Shown piece after piece: positions 47,952-58,840 of a DNA stretch of 64,000 bases. How positions within the stretch are numbered: the first letter of the stretch is position 1; the number at the start of each line of letters is the position of its first letter. A program made the position numbers and the translations under genes. Source of the DNA: Schmidtea polychroa (Eukaryota). The notes under the pieces were generated by a model. It did not search any database, was not told where the DNA came from, and saw nothing but the letters and a program-made list of their open reading frames with translations. The stretch is from assembly GCA_044892525.1 (NCBI GenBank), contig CM097885.1:22198001-22262000 (forward strand), given 5' to 3'.

Positions 47952-49332
47952 CAGTAGTGTGACTATGGGCTCGTAACTGCGGAGGGAAGGGCCCAGACAA
48001 AAGGGGGCCCATTTTCCAGCCTGAAAATGAAATATTTTAATTAATAAATTCACAGCAGAAAACCAGAAACCGAAACTTGTAAACTCCTTATAATCCTTGT
48101 AAAATCAATAAATCATGCAAGCAGGCAAATGCTGTAGAATATTAATATTGACGCGCGGTCGATGCTAGTGGCTGTCGTTGTTGATATTTATTTAAAAGGC
48201 TTCAGTCGGGGAAAGCAGCATAAAGAAAGTGGAAAAACACTTGATTATCTTGAGTGCCACAATAGAAGCAAGCTATATAAAGAGAAACTAGCAGAGACAA
48301 AGTTAGACAAAAGCGAGACAAGAAGTGACGTGAATTTGAGAGACAAGTATAGAGACAAATTTGGGAGATAAAACTATTGGAGAAAAATTAGACAACGTCG
48401 GAAAAAACGTTGTTGGAGAAACGATTTTGGAAAAGAATTGTAAAGAAAATAATTGTGAAGAATAATTGTTGGAGAAGATTTGAATAAAAGAATTAGTTGA
48501 AAAATAAAATAAAATAAATAAAAGTTACTTGAGTATTTGAATATATTTGTAAAGAAGGTCAGAGAAAACAATCATCTCAAAATCCCAGTTGATAAAGCAA
48601 TCAGTAATTTGTAATCTTTTAATCCAGTGTTATACGCAAGTGCTATTCCTCGCCGAGCATTGATAAGTCACCAAGCAGAGTGTTGTATTGATTGTCAGTG
48701 TAAAGAGAAAGTTTATTTGTGATTATCAATAAAGATTTCTGTTGTCAAGTGTTATTTTTGATCGTATAAATACACGTTTGGAGTCAGAGTAAGATTTAAA
48801 TTTATCGCCAACTCTATAATCCAACAATTTTTTTGTTTCTTCTCCTCAATCCTTCTTCTCAGAATTCCGGAGCAACATATCCTTTATTTAATACATTTTC
48901 TCCCGCTCATTTTGCTCAGTTTAATAATTATCTAATATTATCATTTAGGTATCCTCAACATATTATTTGATTTGTACTATTTAAACTTAAAAATAAAGTG
49001 TAATATAATATATATTAAATATAACAATACTTATTTATAACAATATTATAACAATACTTAAGTATTTTCTTATTATTTGTTTTATAGTTTCTAAGGAAAA
49101 TGTATTGTATTATAAGAACTTTTTTTCAATTTCCACCATTGATTTCTTTTTAACTGACATTGTATTTATTAAAAACTTGACTATGAATCAGTAAAGATAT
49201 CGATGTTTTTTTGATATCTTTACTGATTCATAGTCAGGTTTTTTTAAGGAAAATATATTGTGTAAATAAATTTATTAGGGGCGCCGAAATAACCTTTTGA
49301 GCAGGCCGATGTAATCTTTAGTGTCGGTACTG
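47952..49332. mobile_element. Possible hAT-type non-autonomous element carrying an LTR-like insert (~48133-48826)
   Basis: Imperfect TIRs CAGTAGTGTGACTA / TAGTGTCGGTACTG and GGCCC subterminal motifs. Insert starts TGTAG and ends CAACA. TSDs not confirmed. Confidence 0.4.
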
Positions 49333-49522
49333 GATGATATATATGAAATCAAAAAGTAAATACTATAAATTTAATATTTATTACTCTGTTAGATTTACTG
49401 TAAAACTCTTTAGTGAAAATTATCGTGAAATGATATATTTGCTTTTTTTCTTAAAAATATATTAACTGTATTTTCAAAAATTTCAAACAATCATGAAATA
49501 ATTTTGACTATTTACAATTCAG

Positions 49523-49638
49523 GACCATTTTCAAATCCCATTGGGTAGCACATCTGGGAAGTTATGATTTAAAATATAAAGAAGATAACCAGCAAATAAT
49601 AAAAGTCGATAGAGTTTGGTTTTTTGACAATTCAACAG
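49523..49638 (+). CDS. Serine protease exon 2
   Basis: Phase-2 continuation TIFKSHWVAHLGSYDLKYKEDNQQIIKVDRVW; CAG acceptor and GTAAT donor. Its 3' phase does not match the 55030 exon, so an alternative donor or a small missing exon is likely. Confidence 0.7.
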
Positions 49639-49661
49639 GTAATTTAGTTATAATTTCATTA

Positions 49662-50360
49662 ATACGTGGTGCGTTCAATAAGTACTTAACATGAGACAGA
49701 AAACCATGTTCTTTTAACATCAATCTTTATATGAAAAACCCCACATATATAGGTACCATTTTCAATATAATCACAATTTTGGTCCACATATTTCTTTTGA
49801 CATAAAACCAGTTCAGAAAGTCATTTTTAAAGAAATTAAAGGAGTACCTGACAAAGAAATTTTGCACAGCAGCCTTCAGACCCCCATTTGTTTCAAACGC
49901 TGTTTCTTGTAAATTCTTTTCGAGGTGTCTGAAAAGACAGAAATCGCTTAGTGCCATATCGGGGTTGTATGGAGAGCGATCCACAAATTCCAGACTGGCA
50001 GCTTCAATTGTAGTTCCACAAACACTTGAGCTGTGCACTGGTGCATTGTTTTGCAGGAAACAGAGTTCTGTGTTTTTTATTTTTCTTCTTCTGTGCTTGG
50101 TATTTTACACAAGATGACTTTAATAGGCAAAATTGATTGTGACACCTTTGTATGTAATATCATTGGAAAAAGTTAGAAAGCATAATTTCCTGTCTATGGT
50201 CTAACCACAGGAAGGTTTCTTACCAGGGAATTTTCACTTGGCCGGCTCATGTTTAGTTCCAAACAAATACATGGTGAGCGGAGTTTCATCCTCAGTTATT
50301 ACATTTGCAAGCAAATACTCATTGTGTTGCTCACACAGGTGCGCCTTACTCTTACAGCTC
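49662..50360 (-). mobile_element. mariner remnant (3' half)
   Basis: RSPYNPDMALSDFCLF (YSPDLAPxD motif) and an upstream VITEDETP-like motif; TIR-like TACGTGGTGCGTTCAATAAGT at 49662. Confidence 0.8.
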
Positions 50361-51539
50361 TCCATAGTCTTTATGGAGCTTTGCTTCACTAATTATTATA
50401 ACAAAAGCCAAAGTTTTACACCATCTAACAAATCACTCATATTTGTCTACTTAGTAATCCACCTTTGGTTTTTCACTTTCAATACATCAATTACATATAT
50501 TTAATACCTATCAATACCCAGATAGTAGTATTCATTCTTTGATGGTTTTGGAGAATAGTAATATTTATACTCTGTGAACGCCTGACCAATACAATTCAGT
50601 TGTCCATGCGGTACTGAGAAAAGTAGTGAGTATATAATCCGTATGGGTCCAGGGCAACTCAAACCCCTCACTGGGAAATTCATAGAAAATAATTCTGGTG
50701 AAATTCTCGGACTTGGGAACAAACGCAAATATATTTGGTATTTTTGCGAAACATGTAAAATAAAAAGTGGTGGGGATTTGCAATAAGCTAGATAAATAAT
50801 CATTATACATTTCGAAATAATTCTTTTCTTGTATAATTTCAACCAAATCAATTCCATGAAGAAGTGTTGCTGTTAAATCAGACATTATACATCTTTTGTC
50901 ATCATAGTTTTCCAAAGTAGATATATATGATTCTTGTAATAATATGTCATGATTTTTAGAATTAAATTATAAATAATATCCATTCTTTTTTCAAAATTTG
51001 TTTTTAAGCAATATAAATAATATTGATGAAATATTTTCTTGCTTACATATTTTTTTAATCATTTGTTTCTATTCTCCTCACCCTTAAAACATTTGAGAGA
51101 ATATTGTTTAACTCGGTCTATGACCTCATCAGTAAATAACATCATATAACCTCAAACTAATAAAAATTTTAAGAGTAAACAAATCACAGCCTAGATAGCA
51201 CTATGAGAATCTGTTCAACAAACATTAACAATAGACATAGTTCAAATCCCAAGAAAAACTTTTTCTAAACTAATTTCAATGTTTCTTTTTTAATATAACA
51301 ACTATTTTCTAATATTTTTACTATTTTAAAATAAAGTGTGTGTATTTTGTGTATTAGTGTTTTTTTTAATTAACTTAAAAAATATATATGAAAAAAATAA
51401 TTTATTGAACCGGGTGTGGTGGTGAACCAGGAAGCATCGCATAAGTCTTTCCAACACACCAGTGATCGATCCCTGAATTGTTTGAATTTCTTTCGAACCT
51501 TCTTCGAAACTTTTGGTGTTTCGAATCTTTCGGTCTTTC

Positions 51540-52530
51540 GGCAGTGCGCTTTAAACACCTTATTATCACTTTCTTCTACTTGGATCTTAAAAAGCCACCT
51601 CTGGAGACTTTTTGCTCGAATTGATTTTGCAATCTTGAATGTTTTATTAATAATATTTTTCATTTTTAGAATTTTACAACATAATGTCTATTGATGCAAG
51701 ATGCAATGATATGACAGAAAGTCGGAAAATTCATCGTCATTTCGACATAGAGCAATAAAACCATTATGACAACGTGTCATTGCTGGGGCTCCGTATGAAG
51801 TTATTGATATAAGCTTGAAAATTGGCAACTTTATACTATTGACAAATTTTTTAAAGCTAGAAAAATGTCCTCCCCTTGAGTTGTTCCTTTCAGGGGAATA
51901 ATTGTTAGAAGTTCCTCTTTCATGGAAAGTCTTTAAAAACCAATCTAATGAATATTATTAACTGAGACACGTCAACGACATCAGTGGATTCATCTACTTG
52001 TAAAGAAAAACCTGAACAATCTTTTAAGATCTTTCATCAATTGCTGTTTTAAATCTGTACTAATTTCATCCACTCGCCGCGTAACAGAGTTTCGTAATAA
52101 CTACATGTCATTGATGACAAAAATGATTTCTGTTTTATTTTCATGGTCACAAAACAAAGAGTCATCGGCCTCCAAAAATGCATATTTCCAAATTATACCA
52201 TCGCCAAATGACTTGTAATTTTTAGCAGGACTGTGACCCACTCGAAATGATGTTTTTTACTTTGATGTTCGTTTTGTAAAAATTGAATGCAGTGCAGAAG
52301 GCCTCGCTTTTAGTTCTCTAATTTTAGCTTTCCGTAGTTCACAGTTTCGTGGATAGTTAATTTTCATATTTATTATGCAGCGTTTTAAAATGTCTTTCGA
52401 AATTTCCTTTCTTTGGCAATCAAATACAATTATTACAAATTACCGTCCTTAGTTATCATTTTGAAAAAGTAATCATTCTCCCATTCGTCATGAAAATGAT
52501 AAGTTTTACTTTTTTAAACTCATGTCTGAT
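51540..52530 (-). pseudogene. hAT (GTF2IRD2/EPM2AIP1-like) transposase remnant
   Basis: YHFHDEWENDYFF, KKGNFERHF, FSLQVDESTDV and SIRAKSLQR fragments with many frameshifts. Confidence 0.75.
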
Positions 52531-55029
52531 GGCTGTCAGAATTGGTTTTTTAATAATTTTATTGACGCACTTATAGTCAAATATTTGGATTCAGTCTAAC
52601 ATATGGTGCTCATAAAAACAAAACCACACTCAGAATGTAAGTTTGTAACTATCACAACTGGTGTAGGCTCACTGAATGGCTTTCCCATATAAATCAGGCA
52701 ACGTCTCTCTCATAAACGGCTAGTGTCGCACGTTCTTTATCGATTTCTCATTAATACCTTGCGTGGTCTCGTGGCGGACGTAAGCTTTTTTTAAACCGCG
52801 TTTTGGTTTAAAATATAAAAACTTGTTGTATATGTTCTTGCCTATATATAACGATTATATACCCCTTCCCTCTGTGTTTTCTCGGCAAAACGCTGGCAAA
52901 TACAAACCTGTCCCATTCGGTGTCACAACCGAATTATTTTTAACCTGTCTCATATAAAACCAACAAAGGTGGTATATAAGCACATGGAGTCTCTTGTGAT
53001 CATATACGAAAGCCATGTAGTGGGACATTTACAACTAACCTCTGTTTTCAGAAAAATATTTTCTGCGAAGAATTGACAAGTCGATATTGCTCAGTTATGA
53101 ATCACGAAATGATTCTGATTGGTTGATTGGTCTACACAGGGCTTCCACATACGGAGTCCAACATATTCACGAGATAACAAGAAGTATGGCAGCGCTAAAG
53201 CCAGTTACTGTTTAAGAAAAATGTGAATTACTTTTTCGCGTGAAAACTTGCGATTCACTGGCGATCGACTTTAAATCATTACGCAATCAATGTCAATGGA
53301 AAAGAAATCAGTGGTGAAATTTGAAAATTAATTGCTTCTTTCCAATTTGAGAAATCCATTATTTATGAACGTTATGCTAAAATGAGCTCTTTCTTCCTGT
53401 TAGACGCAATTAAATTCAAATCTTCTTCAAGCATTTATTTTTATAATAACTTCAAAATTGTGCCGTTTACTAGCGTATTTAAACACCGAGGCGTGATAAT
53501 TATTAATATTAATGTAATTACTGGTCATATATTTAATTGATTTAATTTAATATAATTTAATATAATATGATATAATTTGATATAGAATTTAAATATAAAA
53601 ATTTAACAGAAATAATTATTTCTACTAACTGATCTCATTTCTACCATTTAACCATAATAATCTTATATAGGGGTTTACTAACTCATTACACTTCCTTTAC
53701 TTGGCTATCAGTGATTTTAAATAAATATCGATAATAATCTCCTTTTATTTTCAAGAAACTTCGACCTTTCTTTCACTAATTGCAACCAACATATATTCGC
53801 TAACATACACTTTGAATTCTTTCATTTGATTTTAAATTTTTAAATGTTTTTTTAAATGAGGTTCTCATCATGGTGTAATAATAAGTTCATGTTTCGAATA
53901 TATCACATTCTTCTACTTTTTCATGATCTTCACACTTACACCATTTACTTAACTTCCATAATTTATTAGCTCATTCAACAGCTTTTTTAAGACGAAGTCG
54001 CATTGATTTATAAGTATAAATCAAAGATAAGAAAAATAATTTTAATAGTATTGTTAAGCGATGATGAGTCTAAATTTGTGTTGGTATTGTCGTACTCGGA
54101 AGGTTAACAGATTGTAAGAGTTAGATATGCAAGAAGTTAGAAAATATAAATTATAAGATCATATGTAATTCGTGTAAAATATGCAATAAGTCTAAAACTC
54201 GGATTGGATTGTGTTCGGATCTCGTTTATCAATTAACATGTAATGAGTAATAGGTAAAGACTTCCACTTATCTCTGTACTCGAATTCGTGAGCATTATCC
54301 ACCAAATGGAACGTCCAATATTAGTGAACAAAATAATAGTTATGTGGGTGAAATTGACATGCATGATTTTAAAATTGAATTAAAGATTTTAATAAATTTT
54401 TGGAACTTGGAACTTGTAAAGCTCTGTTGATAAGGTTATTGGATCCAAAATTAGTGTGCAAAATGCTGTGAACACTTGTGTTTCGAATGTTTTTTAAATA
54501 TTCTAGTAGTAAATTGTATGTAAATAGTTTTAGTTTTCAAATGTATTAAATTATTAATTTTGAAATATAAATATTTCGTAAGATTAAAATTATAAAATCA
54601 TAATCATATAATATTGCATAAAATATTGAAGATTTTTATTAAAATAGTATAAATTTTAAAAAATTAAATTTTTATATTAAATTTAAAAAATAATTTAATT
54701 AAAATAATCTTATGAAATCTATAATATCTATAGTTTGTTCTATCTTATGATAACCCGACAACAGTTGAAATATATCGTAAAACGTATGTTTGATTAGCGC
54801 TTTCTTATTAAATCTTTGTCGTGTTTCTTTAATTATTTATAGTTTAAATTCATTAAAAATATTATCCACAATAAAAAATTTTAAAACATGTAAATTAAAT
54901 GAAAAATATTACTTTTAAATAACCAACTGCCCATAATATATGTCCTTCATGCGCATAATTTATGACTTTTATTGATTTTTTGAAAAAATATTTATTTCTA
55001 TTAGTTAGTAAATTTAACATATCCTTCAG

Positions 55030-55201
55030 TTGTCATTTCCATTTTACCATACTTACTATTTGAATCATTTAGAATACAATGATATCGTGTTAATGCATTT
55101 ATCAAAGCCGGCAAAAATTACCGAAAGTGTGAAACCAGTATGTGTGAGAAATAGAAAGCTACATGCTAAAAATCTTGAATGTATTGGAATGGGATGGGGC
55201 A
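55030..55201 (+). CDS. Serine protease exon with catalytic Asp
   Basis: YNDIVLMHLSKPAKITESVKPVCV..CIGMGWG; CAG acceptor at 55027-55029. Donor position inferred. Confidence 0.85.
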
Positions 55202-55272
55202 GTACTGTTTCCTTAACAGAAAGCAAGATGGCGTTTTTATTGCTAAACAAATATTAGTCGGTTTTATTTCAG

Positions 55273-55400
55273 ATTCACTTTCGCCGCGTCCAAAATATTT
55301 TTATGCAAAATATATTAACTATCTTGATCCAAATTGTTTATTTGAAGGCAGTGATATTAGAACGCTCTGTTTCTCTCCAATTACCGGATTAAGTTGTCGA
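55273..55400 (+). CDS. Serine protease exon ending just before the GDSGG motif
   Basis: ..C..LC..GLSCR| followed by a GTAAG donor at 55401; TTTCAG acceptor at 55271-55272. Confidence 0.75.
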
Positions 55401-56370
55401 GTAAGATTTTCTTTCTGTTCATATTTTGATCAAACTGATATATTCTTAATTTTCAATTCGAACATTTATTATGATTTACCTAACTTCTGCAGAACTTTCA
55501 GTAAATTTATTTAAAAAGCTTGACTGTGAATCAGTAAATATATCGATATTTTTGATTCAAGCTTTTTAATAAATACAATAGAAAAGAAATCAGTGGTGAA
55601 ATTTTAAAAAATTCAGTAATTTTATTGATATTTTACTTTTTTAAATGTCTATACGCGAATTAAGCATGTGAAATGTTTACACAGACTTGCGTCAATAGAG
55701 GCAAATGGATATTATCGCTATTATGTCACTACTAAACAAAATTTTATTGATAAGTATATAATGTTTGAACCTATCACCAAATTTAAAATGAATAAAATTG
55801 TTTTTCTATACAATTAACAATAAGGAACATTGAGAGTCAGATATTGTATCAACAGTAGTGGGGATATATCCCTCACGACCACAGGCCTCCCACTGTTTTC
55901 ATGTTTTATACCTATTTTTCCCCCATAAACGTAAAAAAAAACACTTAAAACCCCTAAAAACCTATATCTTTTAATTTCTTTATTCTGAAGACATTTTGGT
56001 TTCAAAATAAAGACTTAAAAAAACAACAAAAATATTAAAAAAACAACAAAAATATTAATAAAACGGGGAAAAAAATACTGATAAAACTATGAAAAACGTT
56101 TGTCGGCTTGCGGTCGTTAGGGATATAAACACACTACTTGAGGATGTCAACTAGCAAGTTGCTATTTGACTAATTTATGAAAATAGTAAAACTGCTCTGA
56201 GAGGACAGTGGTATTTTTTTTTTTTTTTTTTTCACTGTCCTCTCAACAGTTTTTTTTGATCCGGATCATTTTTTTTTTTTATTTCAACCTCTTTCGTTTA
56301 TCAAATCTCTTCCAATATACAAGCTGGCCAGACTTATATATCAGAATCAATTCGATAATAGCAGCACACC

Positions 56371-57188
56371 TTATTATTCGCTTCTCGCTCACGAAGTCGA
56401 TTTCATCGGCGTTTTAAGTGTGCTGCTCGAAAGTACAAATGAATTCGAAAGCGAATCCGAAAGAGGTCCGAAAACAACCAAGAAATAAATGTGCACATTA
56501 TAGAATCGATCCGGGGGTGTTCGAAAGACTGGTGGCGATAATTACCGGTTCGCCACCATCACCCGTTTCAATATTTTTTTTTTCATATTTATGTTTAAAA
56601 ATTAATTAAAAATTAATATTTTTTTTTTCATATTTATGTTTAAAAATTAATTAATTAATAAATAAATAAAATAAACAAGATTTATTTCCTAAGATACCCA
56701 CACTATATATTTTTTTAATATTTATTTTCAAAAATTATTTTCAATATTATTTTCAAATTTTTAATATTATTTTATGTTAAAAAAAAAACTAACCGTAGTT
56801 AGTTATTATTCGCTTCTCGCTCACGAAGTCGATTTCATCGGCGTTTTAAGTGTGCTGCTCGAAAGTACAAATGAATTCGAAAGCGAATCCGAAAGAGGTC
56901 CGAAAACAACCAAGAAATAAATGTGCACATTATAGAATCGATCCGGGGGTGTTCGAAAGACTGGTGGCGATAATTACCGGTTCGCCACCATCACCCGTTT
57001 CAATATTTTTTTTTCATATTTATGTTTAAAAATTAATTAATTAATAAATAAATAAAATAAACAAGATTTATTTCCTAAGATACCCACACTATATATTTTT
57101 TTAATATTTATTTTCAAAAATTATTTTCAATATTATTTTCAAATTTTTAATATTATTTTATGTTAAAAAAAAAACTAACCGTAGTTAG
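56371..57188. repeat. Near-perfect tandem duplication (~432 and ~386 bp units) in the Polinton terminal region
   Basis: Unit 1 is 56371-56802 (with an extra ~45-bp internal duplication); unit 2 is 56803-57188. Both start TTATTATTCGCTTCTCGCTC. Confidence 0.95.
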
Positions 57189-57250
57189 GATTTGAACCGC
57201 TAGCATTTGAACCACTGTGCCAGTCTATTCCCACTGCGCTATCGGAGTTC
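57165..57250 (-). ncRNA. Putative Pol III (type 2 promoter) small RNA, copy A
   Basis: Minus strand: A box TAGCGCAGTGG (57241-57231), B box GGTTCAAATCC (57198-57188), a second B-like box, 3' hairpin CTAAC-TACG-GTTAG, then T10. Confidence 0.6.
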
Positions 57251-57399
57251 GGATTTTTGTCATTTTTTAAATTTTTAATTAATAAAAAAATAAAATAAAA
57301 TAAATAAAATAAAATAAAAATAAATAAAATAAAATATAAATCTAAGATACCCACACCATTTTCAATATTATTTTCAAATTTTTAATATTATTTTATGTT

Positions 57400-57483
57400 A
57401 AAAAAAACTAACCGTAGTTAGGATTTGAACCGCTATCCATTTGAACCACTGTGCCAGTCTAGCCCACTGCGCTATCGGAGTTC
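57400..57483 (-). ncRNA. Putative Pol III small RNA, copy B
   Basis: Same architecture: A box 57474-57464, B box 57431-57421, cUACGg hairpin 57421-57408, T8. Confidence 0.6.
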
Positions 57484-57518
57484 GGATTTTTGTCATTTTT
57501 TAAAATTTTATTATAAAA

Positions 57519-58811
57519 ATGAATAATATAAATCTTAAAATTCAAGAAAAAAATAAATTAAATCTTGATTATAATAAAGAATTTACTCATGAAATCAAGA
57601 AAAATGATATTTTAAAAATCTCGCCAACTTCAGGATCTATTGCAAACTTAAATCGTAGGGGTGATATAGTTTTTCAATCTCTTCAAACATCAAACCCAAT
57701 AGATATTTGTAATGCCAAATTATATTATAAAATTGAATTAGAAATTGAAGCAAACAAAGATATAACCCTAGAAAATAATTTCTTTCCAAATTTATTCTCC
57801 AACATGAGATTAAAACTAGGATCATCAGAAATTGAAACTGTTTTGCATCCAGGAGTATATTCTACAATGTTAAATTTTATTTTAACTGGTTGTGATTATA
57901 AAAACGAATATGGTGAATTAACAGGTTGGATTCCTGATGTTAATAAAGGAGATTTAGATAAAGATGGTTTAGATATAAATTATGCTTACTATAAAAGAGC
58001 TGAACTTTATAAGTTGAAAAAATTTGAAGGTTATTTTGAATTAAAACACTTGTTCGGATTCCTTCAAAACTATAACCGGGTGCTCCATAATGTTTTTATA
58101 GAACTCATCTGTAATAGACTAGAAGGTGATAAAAGATTGTTCTATGGAGCTGCAGATACAAAAGCTAAATTAAAATTATCAACACTTGAATTGCATATAC
58201 CTGAATGGACATTAAATCCACATTCTGAAATCAAACTCCTTGAAAGATTAAATTCCAACAAATCTATAAATGTAAATTATTTAAATCGAATCTGTAGTGA
58301 ATTTAGTATGACAGAGGGTTCAACATATTCTATAAAGGTAGCAAATTTAGCATACCGACCAAGATATATCTTGATTGGATTCAAAGAAACAGATTCATCT
58401 TTCCAAAAAAATAACAATCTATTTATTCAAAAGATTGGAGATGATAATATAAAAACAATTCAAATTCAATTAAATAGTTATTATCCAATAAATAGAATGG
58501 AATTTAATATTGAAAATAATGAAAACATATTCCCATATCTAAATTATATTGAAACATGTTATGATTTCAAAGTTGAACCGCAATTAAGTTTAGAAGATTT
58601 CAAAAATTTATATTCTATATTTTGTATAAATGTATCAGACCAAGATGATCGCCTAGCTATAAATAATGTTGATGTTACACTTCATATAACAAAGGATTCT
58701 AATTTTAAAGCTAAAGTATATACATTAATATTAGAAGAAAAGAAAATAGAAATGAAATTATATGGTGGAAAGATTTCAATTATTGAAAATGTTAGGGAAG
58801 ATTCTTCATAA
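57519..58811 (+). CDS. Polinton major capsid protein (double jelly-roll)
   Basis: 430-aa intact ORF with Polinton MCP-like motifs: NNFFPNLFS.MRL.LG..EIE, PRYILIGF, YYP, F..LYSIFCINVS.Q. Confidence 0.85.
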   Translation: MNNINLKIQEKNKLNLDYNKEFTHEIKKNDILKISPTSGSIANLNRRGDIVFQSLQTSNPIDICNAKLYYKIELEIEANKDITLENNFFPNLFSNMRLKLGSSEIETVLHPGVYSTMLNFILTGCDYKNEYGELTGWIPDVNKGDLDKDGLDINYAYYKRAELYKLKKFEGYFELKHLFGFLQNYNRVLHNVFIELICNRLEGDKRLFYGAADTKAKLKLSTLELHIPEWTLNPHSEIKLLERLNSNKSINVNYLNRICSEFSMTEGSTYSIKVANLAYRPRYILIGFKETDSSFQKNNNLFIQKIGDDNIKTIQIQLNSYYPINRMEFNIENNENIFPYLNYIETCYDFKVEPQLSLEDFKNLYSIFCINVSDQDDRLAINNVDVTLHITKDSNFKAKVYTLILEEKKIEMKLYGGKISIIENVREDSS

Positions 58812-58840
58812 GTAGATTCCCCCATAAAAAAACTTTTAAA

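Noticed and set aside
50360..50915. 116-118-aa minus-strand ORFs
   Set aside because: No recognisable domain; overlapping frames suggest a decayed repeat or chance ORFs.
57165..57483. Canonical tRNA genes
   Set aside because: A and B boxes are present, but no acceptor stem, D stem or anticodon arm can be formed.
56371..57510. CRISPR-like array or hammerhead ribozyme
   Set aside because: Repeats are long tandem duplications without unique spacers. The minus strand has CCGATGA rather than CTGATGA, and I could not build the three-stem core.
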